The notes beneath the pieces are model-generated. The model had not been told where the DNA came from and did not search any database. It worked only from the letters and a program-made list of their open reading frames with translations. The translations under genes and the position numbers were made by a program. Below are positions 29,985-40,236 of a stretch of 64,000 bases of DNA, one piece after another. Source of the DNA: Chloroflexia bacterium (GTDB lineage Bacteria > Chloroflexota > Chloroflexia > QHBQ01 > JADMIH01); assembly GCA_036388595.1 (NCBI GenBank), contig DASVRN010000110.1, positions 8,953 through 72,952 on the forward strand, written 5' to 3'. Numbering within the stretch: position 1 is the stretch's first letter; each line of letters begins with the position of its first letter.

Positions 29985-31019
29985 ATGAGCAGCCTCCCTG
30001 GCACCGATTCCCGCCCTCCGAAGCTAGCCGTTATAGGCGCAGGCTCGATGGGGCGCAACCACCTGCGCGTGCTGAACGACCTGGAGTCGGTGGACCTGGT
30101 GGGTGTGGCCGATGCGGACGTTGCCACCGCCGAGCGGGTGGCGCGCCGCTTCCACATCGCGGCTTACGGCAGCTACACCGATTTGTTGGAAAGGGAGCGC
30201 CCGGACGGTGTGGTAGTGGCGGTGCCCACGGTGTTGCACCGTGAGGTGACGCTGGCAGCCATCTCTCAGGGCGTGCACGTGCTGGTGGAGAAGCCAATCG
30301 CCTTCACGGTGGCTGAGGGCCGGGAGATGATTGAGGCTGCCCGGCAGGCGGGACTGATCCTTACGGTAGGCCACATCGAGCGTTACAACCCGGCGATACT
30401 GGAGTTGCACAAGCGGCTACGAGAGCAGCAGCTTGGCCGGGTGTTCCAGATGAACGCCCGCAGGCTCGGCCCATTCCCGCCCCGCGTGCGCGACGTGGGC
30501 GTAGTGATCGACCTGGCGACCCATGATGTTGACATAATGCGCTTCTTGAGCGGCTCGGAAGTGACGCGCGTGCAGGCCGAGACCGCCCGCCGCATCCACA
30601 CCGAGCACGAGGACCTGCTGTCCGGCCTGCTCCGTTTCGCAAACGACTCGATAGGCGTGCTTGATATAAACTGGCTGACGCCCACCAAGATACGAGAGCT
30701 GATGATTACGGGGGAGCGAGGCTCGTTCCAGGTGAACTACCTGACGCAGGACCTCTACTTCTACGAGAACAACTACGCCAAGACCGACTGGGACACCATC
30801 TCGAACATCGAGGGGGTGAGCGAGGGCGACATGGTGCGCCTACGCATCGAGAAGACCGAGCCGCTACGTGTAGAGCTTGACCGCTTCGCCCGCGCCATCC
30901 GGGGCGAAGACGTGTCCATCGTGTCGGGTGAGGACGGGCTGCACGCCCTGCACGTCGCAACAAAGATTGTGGAGTCGGGGCTGGAAGGCCGGGCCATTTA
31001 TTTGAGCGAGGAAGGTTAG
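29985..31019 (+). CDS. Gfo/Idh/MocA-family NAD-dependent sugar oxidoreductase (WbpB-like UDP-sugar 3-dehydrogenase)
   Basis: Rossmann motif LAVIGAGSMGRNH and an EKP motif. Confidence 0.8.
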   Translation: MSSLPGTDSRPPKLAVIGAGSMGRNHLRVLNDLESVDLVGVADADVATAERVARRFHIAAYGSYTDLLERERPDGVVVAVPTVLHREVTLAAISQGVHVLVEKPIAFTVAEGREMIEAARQAGLILTVGHIERYNPAILELHKRLREQQLGRVFQMNARRLGPFPPRVRDVGVVIDLATHDVDIMRFLSGSEVTRVQAETARRIHTEHEDLLSGLLRFANDSIGVLDINWLTPTKIRELMITGERGSFQVNYLTQDLYFYENNYAKTDWDTISNIEGVSEGDMVRLRIEKTEPLRVELDRFARAIRGEDVSIVSGEDGLHALHVATKIVESGLEGRAIYLSEEG

Positions 31020-31022
31020 ATA

Positions 31023-32327
31023 TTGGAGAGCGTAGCGCGGAGCGGGTACAGAGTAGCGGTCGTGGGCCTGGGCAAGATTGGCCTGCCCCTGGCCGCGCAG
31101 TTCGCACGGAACGGCCTGGATGTCGTAGGCTGCGACATATCCTCAGAGGTAATTAGCATCGTCAACTCCGGGCGTTCTCACGTCAAGGAGGAGCCGGGGC
31201 TTGAAGAGATGGTAGCCGAGGCAGTGAGCGCGGGCCGCCTTACCGCCACTACCGACACGCCTGCCGCCGTCAGCCGCTGCAACGTGGTCGTAATCATCGT
31301 TCCGCTCATGGTGGACGAAGAGCGCAATATCGACTACCGCGCTATCGATTCCGCCACCCGCTCCGTGGCTGAGGGCTTGCAACGCGACACCCTGGTCATA
31401 TACGAAACGACGCTACCTGTGGGCACCACGCGCACCCGCCTCGGCCCCATGTTGGAGGAGGGTTCGGGTCTTGTCGCGGGCCGCGACTTCTGCCTGGCCT
31501 TCAGCCCTGAGCGCGTATACAGCGGCCGCATATTCAGCGACTTGCACAAGTACCCCAAGGTGGTAGGTGGGGTCGCGCCGGACTGCACAGCGGCTGCCGA
31601 GCGTTTTTACGCCGTTGCGCTGGAGGGCGCGCCCGTGCTGCCCATGCGGGACGCCGACACCGCCGAGTTCGTCAAGCTGATAGAGACCACCTACCGCGAC
31701 GTGAACATCGCCCTCGCCAACGCGTTTGCCCGGTTCGCCGCCGAGCGCGACATACCGGTGCTGGACGCTATCGCGGCGGCCAACACGCAGCCTTTCTCCC
31801 ACGTCCACAGGCCCGGCATAGCGGTGGGCGGGCACTGCATCCCGGTCTACCCCTACTTCCTGACGAACAACACTTCGGACGATGGGATGTCGCTGGTGCG
31901 CCGCGCCCGCGAGCTGAACGACAGCATGGTGCCCTGGGCGCTCGACCGCCTGGAGGAGTCGCTGGGCGGGTTGAGCGGCAAACGGGTGCTGGTGCTGGGG
32001 CTTGCCTACCGCGAGAACGTCAAGGAAACGGCTTTTTCCGGGGCCGTCCGCCTGCTGAGTGAGTTGCAGGCCCGGGGCGCGCTGCCTCTCATCAACGACC
32101 CGCTCTACAGCACGGAAGAACTGGCCCGCTATGCCGAGCCTGTGCAACTGGACGACCTGCCGGGCATAGATTGCGTTATTTTGCAGGCTCATCATAACGA
32201 GTATCGCCTCCTGGACTGGACCAGAATAGCCGGCCTGGGGTGCAAGGTCGTGCTTGACGGCCGGAATTCCCTGGACCGTGGGGTTGTTGAAGGGGCGGGT
32301 ATGCGGTACCTGGGTATCGGGTCGTAG
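31023..32327 (+). CDS. UDP-glucose/GDP-mannose dehydrogenase-family enzyme (UDP-N-acetyl-D-hexosamine 6-dehydrogenase, WbpA/WecC-like)
   Basis: VAVVGLGKIGLPLA Rossmann motif, a catalytic Cys region (GGHCIPVYPY) and a C-terminal UDP-binding domain. Confidence 0.85.
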   Translation: MESVARSGYRVAVVGLGKIGLPLAAQFARNGLDVVGCDISSEVISIVNSGRSHVKEEPGLEEMVAEAVSAGRLTATTDTPAAVSRCNVVVIIVPLMVDEERNIDYRAIDSATRSVAEGLQRDTLVIYETTLPVGTTRTRLGPMLEEGSGLVAGRDFCLAFSPERVYSGRIFSDLHKYPKVVGGVAPDCTAAAERFYAVALEGAPVLPMRDADTAEFVKLIETTYRDVNIALANAFARFAAERDIPVLDAIAAANTQPFSHVHRPGIAVGGHCIPVYPYFLTNNTSDDGMSLVRRARELNDSMVPWALDRLEESLGGLSGKRVLVLGLAYRENVKETAFSGAVRLLSELQARGALPLINDPLYSTEELARYAEPVQLDDLPGIDCVILQAHHNEYRLLDWTRIAGLGCKVVLDGRNSLDRGVVEGAGMRYLGIGS

Positions 32328-32356
32328 GACGCTGGAGCGATTCAGCTTTAGGAGGA

Positions 32357-33169
32357 TTGATGAATTACGCGGTCCGGTTGGCTGCTCATCTCGTGTCTGA
32401 GGTCTCTTCAAGGGTTCGGTTCGTACTTCGCTGCATTATGGCAGGCAAGTACGCTCGTATGCGGTGGGTTTTCGATGATACAGCCCGACCTCTGCTGGAC
32501 CTCCTTATGAGTGTTGACCCCGAGAACTTTGAGACTATAGTTGATGGGGGGGCAAATCATGGCGTCTTTTCTAGAGCGTTTCTACGAATCAGCCCTAATG
32601 CGCAGGTCATTGGTATCGAGCCTATGGTTGCATTGGCTGAAGGGAACAGAGGCTCAAAAGCTGCCAGAGCGTGTCTGAGAGATCTCAACCGCCTACGTGA
32701 TCGCTACCCTGGCCGCTTCCGCATTCTAGGTTTGGCGCTCTCCGACCGGGAGGAGACACGTCGGTTCTTTATCACTCAGGCTGATGGCTGTTCTTCTCTG
32801 TTGCAGCCCCCTGACGTATTCCTCGAATCCTTTGAAGTCATGAGCGAAGACCTGGTAACAACCACAACCCTGGATAAGCTCGTCGAGGCAGAGCAGATCG
32901 GCACCATCGATCTACTGAAGCTTGATCTACAGGGTGCTGAGATGTTGGCCTTGAGGGGCGCTGAAAAAGCTCTGGGTAATACCAAGAATGTGCTGCTCGA
33001 GCTTAACCTGCGCCGGGTATACAAGGACTCGGCTACCACTAACGAAATTACTGAGTTCCTCGCTGAACGAGGATTTCGTTTCGCAAAAATCTCCAACGTC
33101 ACAACACCCCCCGATGGGTCCATCGCTCAGTGCGACGCTTTCTTCACAAGGGCCGCCCAACCCAAGTAG
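32357..33169 (+). CDS. FkbM-family methyltransferase
   Basis: DGGANHGVFS SAM-binding region and the C-terminal FkbM pattern (DLLKLDLQGAEM). The exact start is uncertain. Confidence 0.7.
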   Translation: MMNYAVRLAAHLVSEVSSRVRFVLRCIMAGKYARMRWVFDDTARPLLDLLMSVDPENFETIVDGGANHGVFSRAFLRISPNAQVIGIEPMVALAEGNRGSKAARACLRDLNRLRDRYPGRFRILGLALSDREETRRFFITQADGCSSLLQPPDVFLESFEVMSEDLVTTTTLDKLVEAEQIGTIDLLKLDLQGAEMLALRGAEKALGNTKNVLLELNLRRVYKDSATTNEITEFLAERGFRFAKISNVTTPPDGSIAQCDAFFTRAAQPK

Positions 33170-33218
33170 TAGACCAACAAGAGCTCCGTTACGTTAGTAA
33201 TGCAGATAAAGGATCGAA

Positions 33219-34595
33219 TTGTCCACCACGAAGGTGAGTGAAGCTAAGCCCAGGCCCCTTCTTAAGTCTATCCTTCACTCCTTAGGTACGAACGTCCTCC
33301 TGGTACCGCTGGGATTTGTGTTTAGCTTTCTTGTTGCACGCACACTCGGTCCTCAGGGTAAGGGTGCAGTGGATATCTTCGTCGCAACTGCTGCTTTGCT
33401 GACGATGATAGTGGGCTTTTCTCTGCCGTCGGGCATCACCTACTTCACCGCTCAAGCTGTTGTCTCGCTACGGTCGATGCTGCGGTGGCTCCTCATCGTA
33501 GTTGTGGCACAAAGCTTACTTGCCCTGGCCCTTTTAGGCATAGCTTTCGCGCTGGGGGTTGAATCGACATTTCTTCCACAAGCTAGCGGTGGCCTTATCG
33601 TACTTGCTGTCGCCGTCTATGTGTTGTTGAACCTGGCGCTTGGGTACTGGCGGGCGATACTCATAGGCCGGCAGGAGATCATATCGGCTAACAACGTAGC
33701 CTTGATTAGCCGCATCATAGATTTGGTCCTACTCCTTGGTGTCCTGGCGGCATCTCGGGTCAGCGGCTTGCAAATAGATTTCCGGTTCCTCCTGGGCGTA
33801 TTGCTGGTAAGTGCATTGGCCGCTAATTTTCTCTTCTTAAGTAGGCTAAAGCCTATAATTAGCCTTTCTGCGGCCGCCGATGGTGCTTTCCGTAAGGTTG
33901 TAAGGTATTCCGCGCCTAGCTACCTTGCTAATTTACTCCAGTTTCTCAATTATCGCGTTGACCTCTTCCTGGTTAGCTACTTCATTGGTCAAACAGCAGT
34001 AGGGCTTTATGGCCTTGCTGTTAGTCTTGCTCAATTCACCTGGCTCCCTGCTAGTGCAGCCTCCACAGTTTTGCTTCCTCGCCTCGCCGCACACCAGGAT
34101 CTCGTGGGGGAGAATACCCAGTTGGTTGCCAGGGCCACCCGACTTTCATTTCTGGTTAGCATATTAGCTGGCTTGTCGATAGCGCTGCTTGGCCTTGTGG
34201 GCATCCCGCTACTGTATGGCGAAGCATTCCGGCCAAGTGTGCCCGCGCTGCTGTGGCTGGTGCCGGGGGTGGTCGCAATCGGCCCCACTTTTGTTCTGAC
34301 AGCCTATATTGCAGGAATCGGCAAGCCCCATATCAACCTGCTTATCTCCTTCATTACTCTCCTTGTCACTCTTACGTTCGATTTGGCGCTAATACCTGCT
34401 GGGGGCATTGTTGGGGCATCGATAGCAAGCTCAATCTCTTACCTGGCTTGCTCTTTGCTGAGCCTTTGGTTTTTCAAGCGGGAGTCGGGGCTTCCGATGT
34501 GGGCCCCGGTAATACTCACACGTGAGGATGTCGTTCTAATGCTCTCTTTACTGCGGAGGATATCCCGCAGGCTGCTGAGGCGGGGGGAGTACTAG
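33219..34595 (+). CDS. wzx: polysaccharide/oligosaccharide flippase (Wzx, MOP superfamily)
   Basis: About 12-14 TM helices with the typical polysaccharide-biosynthesis-protein (PF01943/PF13440) layout. Confidence 0.75.
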   Translation: MSTTKVSEAKPRPLLKSILHSLGTNVLLVPLGFVFSFLVARTLGPQGKGAVDIFVATAALLTMIVGFSLPSGITYFTAQAVVSLRSMLRWLLIVVVAQSLLALALLGIAFALGVESTFLPQASGGLIVLAVAVYVLLNLALGYWRAILIGRQEIISANNVALISRIIDLVLLLGVLAASRVSGLQIDFRFLLGVLLVSALAANFLFLSRLKPIISLSAAADGAFRKVVRYSAPSYLANLLQFLNYRVDLFLVSYFIGQTAVGLYGLAVSLAQFTWLPASAASTVLLPRLAAHQDLVGENTQLVARATRLSFLVSILAGLSIALLGLVGIPLLYGEAFRPSVPALLWLVPGVVAIGPTFVLTAYIAGIGKPHINLLISFITLLVTLTFDLALIPAGGIVGASIASSISYLACSLLSLWFFKRESGLPMWAPVILTREDVVLMLSLLRRISRRLLRRGEY

Positions 34596-35083
34596 AATGG
34601 GACCGGAAGGTGCTTATCACCGGTCCCTGGTACCCAAATGACGAAAGCCGGACCGAGGAGATTTTCGTCCAGAACCAGGCCAGTATACTTTCACGCCAGT
34701 ACGACGTGGTTGTGCCGACGGGCTGCCATACTTTCACCCTAAGAGTTGCCTCCCGGTATCAGGCTACTCGCTGATATATACCATGCCCGCGATCTGAACA
34801 ACCTTGAACCCACTTACAGGTTCCCTGGCACCAGGCGCACGCTCGTTGACGGGCCGCTCCACTTCGGCCTATAATCTGTAGGCGCGTACGACCCTAATGC
34901 GTGCTGTGGATTGGCTCGTCCTCTCCCTTTAGGCTGCTCACATGATGAGCCATCGAGGACTTATGTGTCCTTCCTATGCGATCTCGGAGGCGAGATACGT
35001 GCTGTCGAAGCAGTTTAGCCTCCCCACGGGTTACGCAGCCATGAGTGCCGTGCCCCCGCTAAGGCTGGGGTTCAGCCGCCCAC

Positions 35084-36307
35084 GTGAGCAACCCGGCAAC
35101 GGGCAAGCGCAGGAGATATCCGCAGGTGGATAACGCAAACGACAGGCTAAGGGTGCTCATCTTGCCCTCCTGGTACCCGACCGAGAGGTACCCGGTGGGT
35201 GGGGTCTTTATACAGGAACAGGCGCGGGCGCTGGCTCGCAGGACGGACGTTGAGGTGCGGGTGCTCTTCGTGGACGGGGTCTCCATACCGGCGTGGTTGC
35301 GCGGGCCCAAGCTGCTGACCCTGCATAGAGAGGAGGGTGTGCCCGTGTACCGGCTGTTGATGCCGAGCGTGCCGGGTGTGTGGCCGTTCCTCTACGCGGT
35401 GTGGGGTGTGTTTGCCTATATGGGAGTGCGTATGCTGAAAGTAAAGCCCACCCTGCTGCACGCGCACGTGGCCCTGCCCGCCGGGCTTTCGGGCGCTCTT
35501 ATCAAGCTGCTCTGGCGCGTGCCCCTCGTGCTCACCGAGCACATGGGCCCTTTTTCCCAGTTGATGCGCAACCGCCCGGCGGCCTTTGCTACCCGCTTCT
35601 CTATGCGCCGGGCCGACCGGGTGGTGGCCGTGAGTAGCGCACTGCGCGACCAGATTACGTCCTACCCACAGCTTCGCAGGCGCATAGAGGTGCTCCCGAA
35701 CGTCGTGAACGTGGGAGAGTTCGCCGTCAGGACCACCACTCGGCAGCCGGGCGACCCTGCCAGGTTGTTGTTCGTAGGCGAGATGATCACCAGCATCAAA
35801 GGCGTGGACTACCTGATAGGGGCCGTCTCTATTCTGAAGAAGCGCGGGATTGAAGTGACGCTGGACCTCGTGGGCGACGGCCGCAACAGGCGGGAGTACG
35901 AGACGCTGGCCCGGAGGTTGCGTGTGGCCGACCTATGCCGCTTCCACGGTACGTTGCGACATGAGGAAGTAGTCGAGCTGATGCCCCAATATGACGTGCT
36001 GGTGGTGTCCTCCCTGGCTGAGACCTTCGGGGTGGTGGTAGTAGAGGCGTTGGCTTCGGGCGCGCCTGTGGTGGCAACGCGGTGCGGCGGGCCGGAGGGC
36101 ATATTGACAGCTGACCTGGGAGTGCTGGTGCAGAAAGCCAACTCCGAGGCGCTTGCGGACGGCATCGTTGATGTGCTTAACAGACCCGACGACTTTCCTC
36201 CCCAACACCTGCGGCGAGTTGCCGAGGAGCGGTTCGGGCAGGCAAGCATATCGTCACGCCTGGTGGGGCTTTACAGGGAAGTGCTGGGCACCGGGGGTCA
36301 GAGTTAG
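35084..36307 (+). CDS. GT4-family glycosyltransferase
   Basis: C-terminal GT4 motif region (ETFGVVVVEALASGAPVVATRCGGPEGIL). The start is tentative. Confidence 0.75.
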   Translation: MSNPATGKRRRYPQVDNANDRLRVLILPSWYPTERYPVGGVFIQEQARALARRTDVEVRVLFVDGVSIPAWLRGPKLLTLHREEGVPVYRLLMPSVPGVWPFLYAVWGVFAYMGVRMLKVKPTLLHAHVALPAGLSGALIKLLWRVPLVLTEHMGPFSQLMRNRPAAFATRFSMRRADRVVAVSSALRDQITSYPQLRRRIEVLPNVVNVGEFAVRTTTRQPGDPARLLFVGEMITSIKGVDYLIGAVSILKKRGIEVTLDLVGDGRNRREYETLARRLRVADLCRFHGTLRHEEVVELMPQYDVLVVSSLAETFGVVVVEALASGAPVVATRCGGPEGILTADLGVLVQKANSEALADGIVDVLNRPDDFPPQHLRRVAEERFGQASISSRLVGLYREVLGTGGQS

Positions 36308-36308
36308 C

Positions 36309-37511
36309 ATGAAGGTGCAGATGATCGTGCAGGAGCCGGTAATTACCCGGCGCATCATACAGGAAGCCCGCAGCCTCATAGAAGCAGGGCATGACGTGAG
36401 CATCCTTTCGCGCCCGGCAGGAACCGAGGACACGGTGGGGGAGGTAGACGGCATACCTGTGGAGTGGGTGGCCGTGCGGGGCCGCGACCCTCGCTTTGGC
36501 TGGCTGTACCGCCTGGCCGGGGCCAACCACGGCAGCAACGTGGCGGCCCTGTGGAGCGTGCTGACGATGCGCCACACCTTCACCATGCGGGCTCTCGCCA
36601 GGGCTGTGGCGGCCAGGGCGGACGTGTACCACGCGCACGACTTGAACAACCTTGAGCTTGCCTGCCGGGCGGCCGCCGTGAACGGGGCGCGCGTCGTGTA
36701 CGATTCGCACGAGCTTTTCTCCGAGATCGGCAACCGTTGGATACAACTGCGGCGCAGGGCCTGGATGCGTCTGGAGGGCAAGCTCATTAAGCGGGCAAGC
36801 TTCGTGGTGACGGTGAATGAGTTCATAGGCGAAGAGCTATCGAAGCGCTACGGCATACCCGCCCCGCTCGTAGTCATGAATTGCCCCGACCCGCCTTCAG
36901 ACTTCGACCCCGCCCGGGGCTACAATATCCTTCGCGAGCGCCTGGGTCTAGCTTCCAACCGCAAGATTGTTCTTTACCAGGGCTGGATGTCGGAGGGGCG
37001 GGGCCTCGAAAACCTGGTGAGGTGCGCGCCCATGCTGGCGGGTGAGGCGGCGGTGGTCTTCATAGGCTACGGCGAGTACCAGGAGGTGCTGGCGCGCATG
37101 GCGGCTGCGGAAGCGCCTGGGCGGGTCTACTTTCTCCCCGCTGTGTCCCACCGCGAGCTGCTGCCATACTGCGCCTCCGCTGACGTGGGCCTCATCCCCT
37201 ACCAGGCGGTGGACCTGAACAACTATTACTCGTCACCCAACAAGCTCTTCGACTACATCCAGGCGGGCCTGCCCATTGTCGCCAGCGACTTCCCGTTCCT
37301 GCGCAAGGTAATAGCCACCGACAACCTGGGCGTGGCGGCCGAGTTGAGCACGCCGGAAAGCTACGCCAAAGCCATCAACCATGTGCTGACCTTACCCGAT
37401 GGCGGGGCTGAGATACGGGCCAACATGCGCCGTGTCGCCCCGCGTTACACATGGCAGGGCCAGGCGCGCGGGCTGGTCTCATCATACGAAAAGCTGTCGG
37501 CGGGCGATTGA
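36309..37511 (+). CDS. GT4-family glycosyltransferase
   Basis: ATG at 36309 lies 2 nt after the upstream stop. GT-B fold. Confidence 0.75.
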   Translation: MKVQMIVQEPVITRRIIQEARSLIEAGHDVSILSRPAGTEDTVGEVDGIPVEWVAVRGRDPRFGWLYRLAGANHGSNVAALWSVLTMRHTFTMRALARAVAARADVYHAHDLNNLELACRAAAVNGARVVYDSHELFSEIGNRWIQLRRRAWMRLEGKLIKRASFVVTVNEFIGEELSKRYGIPAPLVVMNCPDPPSDFDPARGYNILRERLGLASNRKIVLYQGWMSEGRGLENLVRCAPMLAGEAAVVFIGYGEYQEVLARMAAAEAPGRVYFLPAVSHRELLPYCASADVGLIPYQAVDLNNYYSSPNKLFDYIQAGLPIVASDFPFLRKVIATDNLGVAAELSTPESYAKAINHVLTLPDGGAEIRANMRRVAPRYTWQGQARGLVSSYEKLSAGD

Positions 37512-37626
37512 CGCTATGGCACCACCCCGCCACGTGCAAATTGGCGCTCCAACCTGCTAAGTGAAACTTTGGGGACTCGCATGCGACTGTTGGTGAACAC
37601 GAGATAGCGGCACAGGGGGAGGCAGC

Positions 37627-38925
37627 GTGCTGTCCAGGTTTGCTCTTGTAATCCGGTCGTTGTGGGGCTGGGCTTTGTCCCGGCCCGTGCTTGTGGTCGG
37701 CGCCCTGACGTTGCTGGCCTTCGCGCTGCGCATCGGCTGGCTGGTGGCGTCAGGCGGCCTATACGCCCCGCCGCAAGAAGACGAGATCGACTACAACGAG
37801 CTGGCGAAGAGCCTGCTGTCGGGCCAGGGCTACAGCCTGGAGGGCCAACCGCAGGTGAACCGCTCCCCCGGCTTCCCGGCGCTGCTCTGGCTGGTCTACA
37901 GCATCTTTGGTGTCCAGCCCATCGCGGCGCGAGTCGTACAGGCCGCACTACTGGCGGGCGCGGTGCCGCTCCTGTACTACATTGGCCGCAGGGGGTGGAG
38001 TCCGAGCGTGGGCCTACTTACGGCCCTGGTGTTCGCGCTTTACCCGTTCAGCATCTTCTGGAGCCGCTACCTGGCGACCGAGAACCTGCTGGTGGTGGTA
38101 TACGCCGCCCTGGCTGCTTTGCTGGTCTCCCCTGCGCGTGCCGGGGGGTGGAGGACTCTTGCGGGTGGGGTAGTCCTCGGCCTGGCGCTGTTGACCCGCC
38201 CGACGGCGATACTGGTGGGGCTGGGGCTTATCCTATGGCTGGTGCTGGTGCTGCCCCGCCGCGAAAAGCTGCTGAAACCGGCTTTGCTGCTGGCCGGTAC
38301 GGTTCTCGCATTGTCGCCCTGGCTCGTGCGCAACTTCGTGGAGTACAACCAGTTCATTCCGCTGACCTCGGGCTACGGTTCGTCGGCGGGCGGCTACGTC
38401 TTCTGGATAAGCAACAACGAGTACACGGCGCAGCCTGGGGAGCGGTGGGGGCGCTACGTGCCTGCTGAAATGCTGCCCGATTACCGGGAATACGTTTCGT
38501 TGGCAGACAATCCAGGTCTGCTGGACAGGAAGGGATACGAGTACGGCCTGCGCTACCTGGCATCCCACCCGCAGGACGTGCCGGTGCTGCTGCTGGGTAA
38601 GTTCTTGCGCTTCTGGAACGTCTTTCCGGGTGCCACGCTCACGACGAGAGCAGCGGGCGCGCTGACACTGGTGCTGCTCCCCTTCTTCCTGGTAGGCTTG
38701 TGGGCTTGCTGGCGCGGCAGGTACAACGGCGGCATGGTGCTGGTCTTCATTACGGGTACGATGCTCATCGGGCTGATCTTCTGGGCCGACACCCGCATCC
38801 GCGCCCCGGCGGAACCTTTCATCGCACTCGCCGCCTCAATTGGGGCCGTCCGCCTGACACAACGCGAACGGGCGGCAGAAAAAGCTCTGCCGCCCGTCAC
38901 GAATGGAGAAACGCCCGCGTCCTAG
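37627..38925 (+). CDS. ArnT/PMT-like (GT39/GT83) integral-membrane glycosyltransferase
   Basis: Multi-TM protein with an N-terminal DEIDY loop motif like those in dolichyl/undecaprenyl-phosphate-sugar transferases. It overlaps the oppF stop codon. Confidence 0.6.
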   Translation: MLSRFALVIRSLWGWALSRPVLVVGALTLLAFALRIGWLVASGGLYAPPQEDEIDYNELAKSLLSGQGYSLEGQPQVNRSPGFPALLWLVYSIFGVQPIAARVVQAALLAGAVPLLYYIGRRGWSPSVGLLTALVFALYPFSIFWSRYLATENLLVVVYAALAALLVSPARAGGWRTLAGGVVLGLALLTRPTAILVGLGLILWLVLVLPRREKLLKPALLLAGTVLALSPWLVRNFVEYNQFIPLTSGYGSSAGGYVFWISNNEYTAQPGERWGRYVPAEMLPDYREYVSLADNPGLLDRKGYEYGLRYLASHPQDVPVLLLGKFLRFWNVFPGATLTTRAAGALTLVLLPFFLVGLWACWRGRYNGGMVLVFITGTMLIGLIFWADTRIRAPAEPFIALAASIGAVRLTQRERAAEKALPPVTNGETPAS

Positions 38926-40145
38926 TGGTGCACTACCGTCGTCTCGTCCTTGCCGAGGAGCGAGCTTGTTTCGCCCGGCAGAGGCATCTTGGTGAACGGT
39001 GCGAAGTGGCAGGCGACGAAGTGCTCCAACTGGCCGGGAGGGGCCACGTTGCGCCATTCGGGCACCTGCTGCTTGCAGATGTCCTGCGCCAGCCAGCAGC
39101 GGGTGTGGAAGCGGCAGCCGGTCGGCGGGTTGAGCGGCGAAGGCACGTCACCCTTGAGGATGATGCGCTCGCGCCTGATCCTGGGATCGGGCACCGGGAT
39201 GGCCGACAGCAGCGCGTGAGTGTAGGGGTGCTGGGGGTTGGCGAAAAGCGCGGTGCGCTCCGCAAGCTCCGCCATCTTGCCCAGGTACATCACGCCCACG
39301 CGGTCGGATATGTGCTCTACCACGCTCAGGTTGTGCGCGATGAAGAGGTAGGTCAGGCCCATCTCGCCTTGCAGGTCCTTCAAGATGTTGAGCACCTGCG
39401 ATTGGATCGACACGTCGAGGGCCGACACCGGCTCGTCGCACACGATGAACTGGGGCCGCAACACCAGCGCGCGGGCGATACCGATACGCTGCCTCTGGCC
39501 GCCTGAGAACTCGTGCGGGTAGCGCTTGGCATGCTCCGGGAGCAGACCCACGTGGGCCAGCGCGTCGTACACGCGGTCCTGGCGCTCGCTCTTGGAAATG
39601 CCATGTATAATCAGGCCCTCCCCGATACTCTCGCCAATCGGCACGCGCGGGTCGAGCGAGGAGAAGGGGTCCTGGAAGATGATCTGCATGTCCTTGCGGG
39701 CCTTCTTCAGATCGTCGGCCTTGAGGTCGAACAGGTTCTTCCCCTGGAAGCGCACCTCGCCGCCGGTAGCGGGGGTGAGCCGGAGCAACGTGCGGCCAAC
39801 CGTGGTCTTGCCGCAGCCCGATTCTCCCACGAGGCCCAGCGTCTCGCCCTGGCGGATGAAGAAGCTCACGTCGTCGACCGCTTTCGTCCAGGCCACCGTG
39901 CGTTGCAGGAGGCCGCCGCGTACCGGGAAGTATTTCACCAGCCGGTCCACTTCGAGCAGCACGTCCGACTTCTTGCCGTTGGACGCCCTGGCCGCCTCAG
40001 TCGTGGCCCCGCCCATAGCTATTGTGGCAGCGCCACCCGACCCGTTGCTGCTACCCTCCAGCGAACCGTCGGCCCCCGGCTCGGTGGGAGTGGGTGAGCC
40101 GAGGTCTTCCGGCGAGTGCAGTGATGTGCTTTGCTGGTCGCTCAT
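38922..40145 (-). CDS. oppF: oligopeptide/dipeptide ABC transporter ATP-binding protein (OppF/DppF type)
   Basis: Walker [10 protein letters not shown], the LSGGQRQR signature, Walker B and a C-terminal oligopeptide_F domain with a Cys cluster. ATG at 40145. Confidence 0.85.
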   Translation of the reverse strand: MSDQQSTSLHSPEDLGSPTPTEPGADGSLEGSSNGSGGAATIAMGGATTEAARASNGKKSDVLLEVDRLVKYFPVRGGLLQRTVAWTKAVDDVSFFIRQGETLGLVGESGCGKTTVGRTLLRLTPATGGEVRFQGKNLFDLKADDLKKARKDMQIIFQDPFSSLDPRVPIGESIGEGLIIHGISKSERQDRVYDALAHVGLLPEHAKRYPHEFSGGQRQRIGIARALVLRPQFIVCDEPVSALDVSIQSQVLNILKDLQGEMGLTYLFIAHNLSVVEHISDRVGVMYLGKMAELAERTALFANPQHPYTHALLSAIPVPDPRIRRERIILKGDVPSPLNPPTGCRFHTRCWLAQDICKQQVPEWRNVAPPGQLEHFVACHFAPFTKMPLPGETSSLLGKDETTVVHH

Positions 40146-40163
40146 AAGCAGTTGCTCCTTGGT

Positions 40164-40236
40164 TGGACGATAGACGATGGACGATGGACGATAGCGTATC
40201 CTACCATCGTCTACCGTCCATCGTCCGTCGTCTATA
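40164..40236. repeat. STRR-like heptamer hairpin (GGACGAT)n/(CATCGTC)n lying between oppD and oppF
   Basis: An inverted heptamer array in the 86-bp oppD-oppF spacer. Confidence 0.8.
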
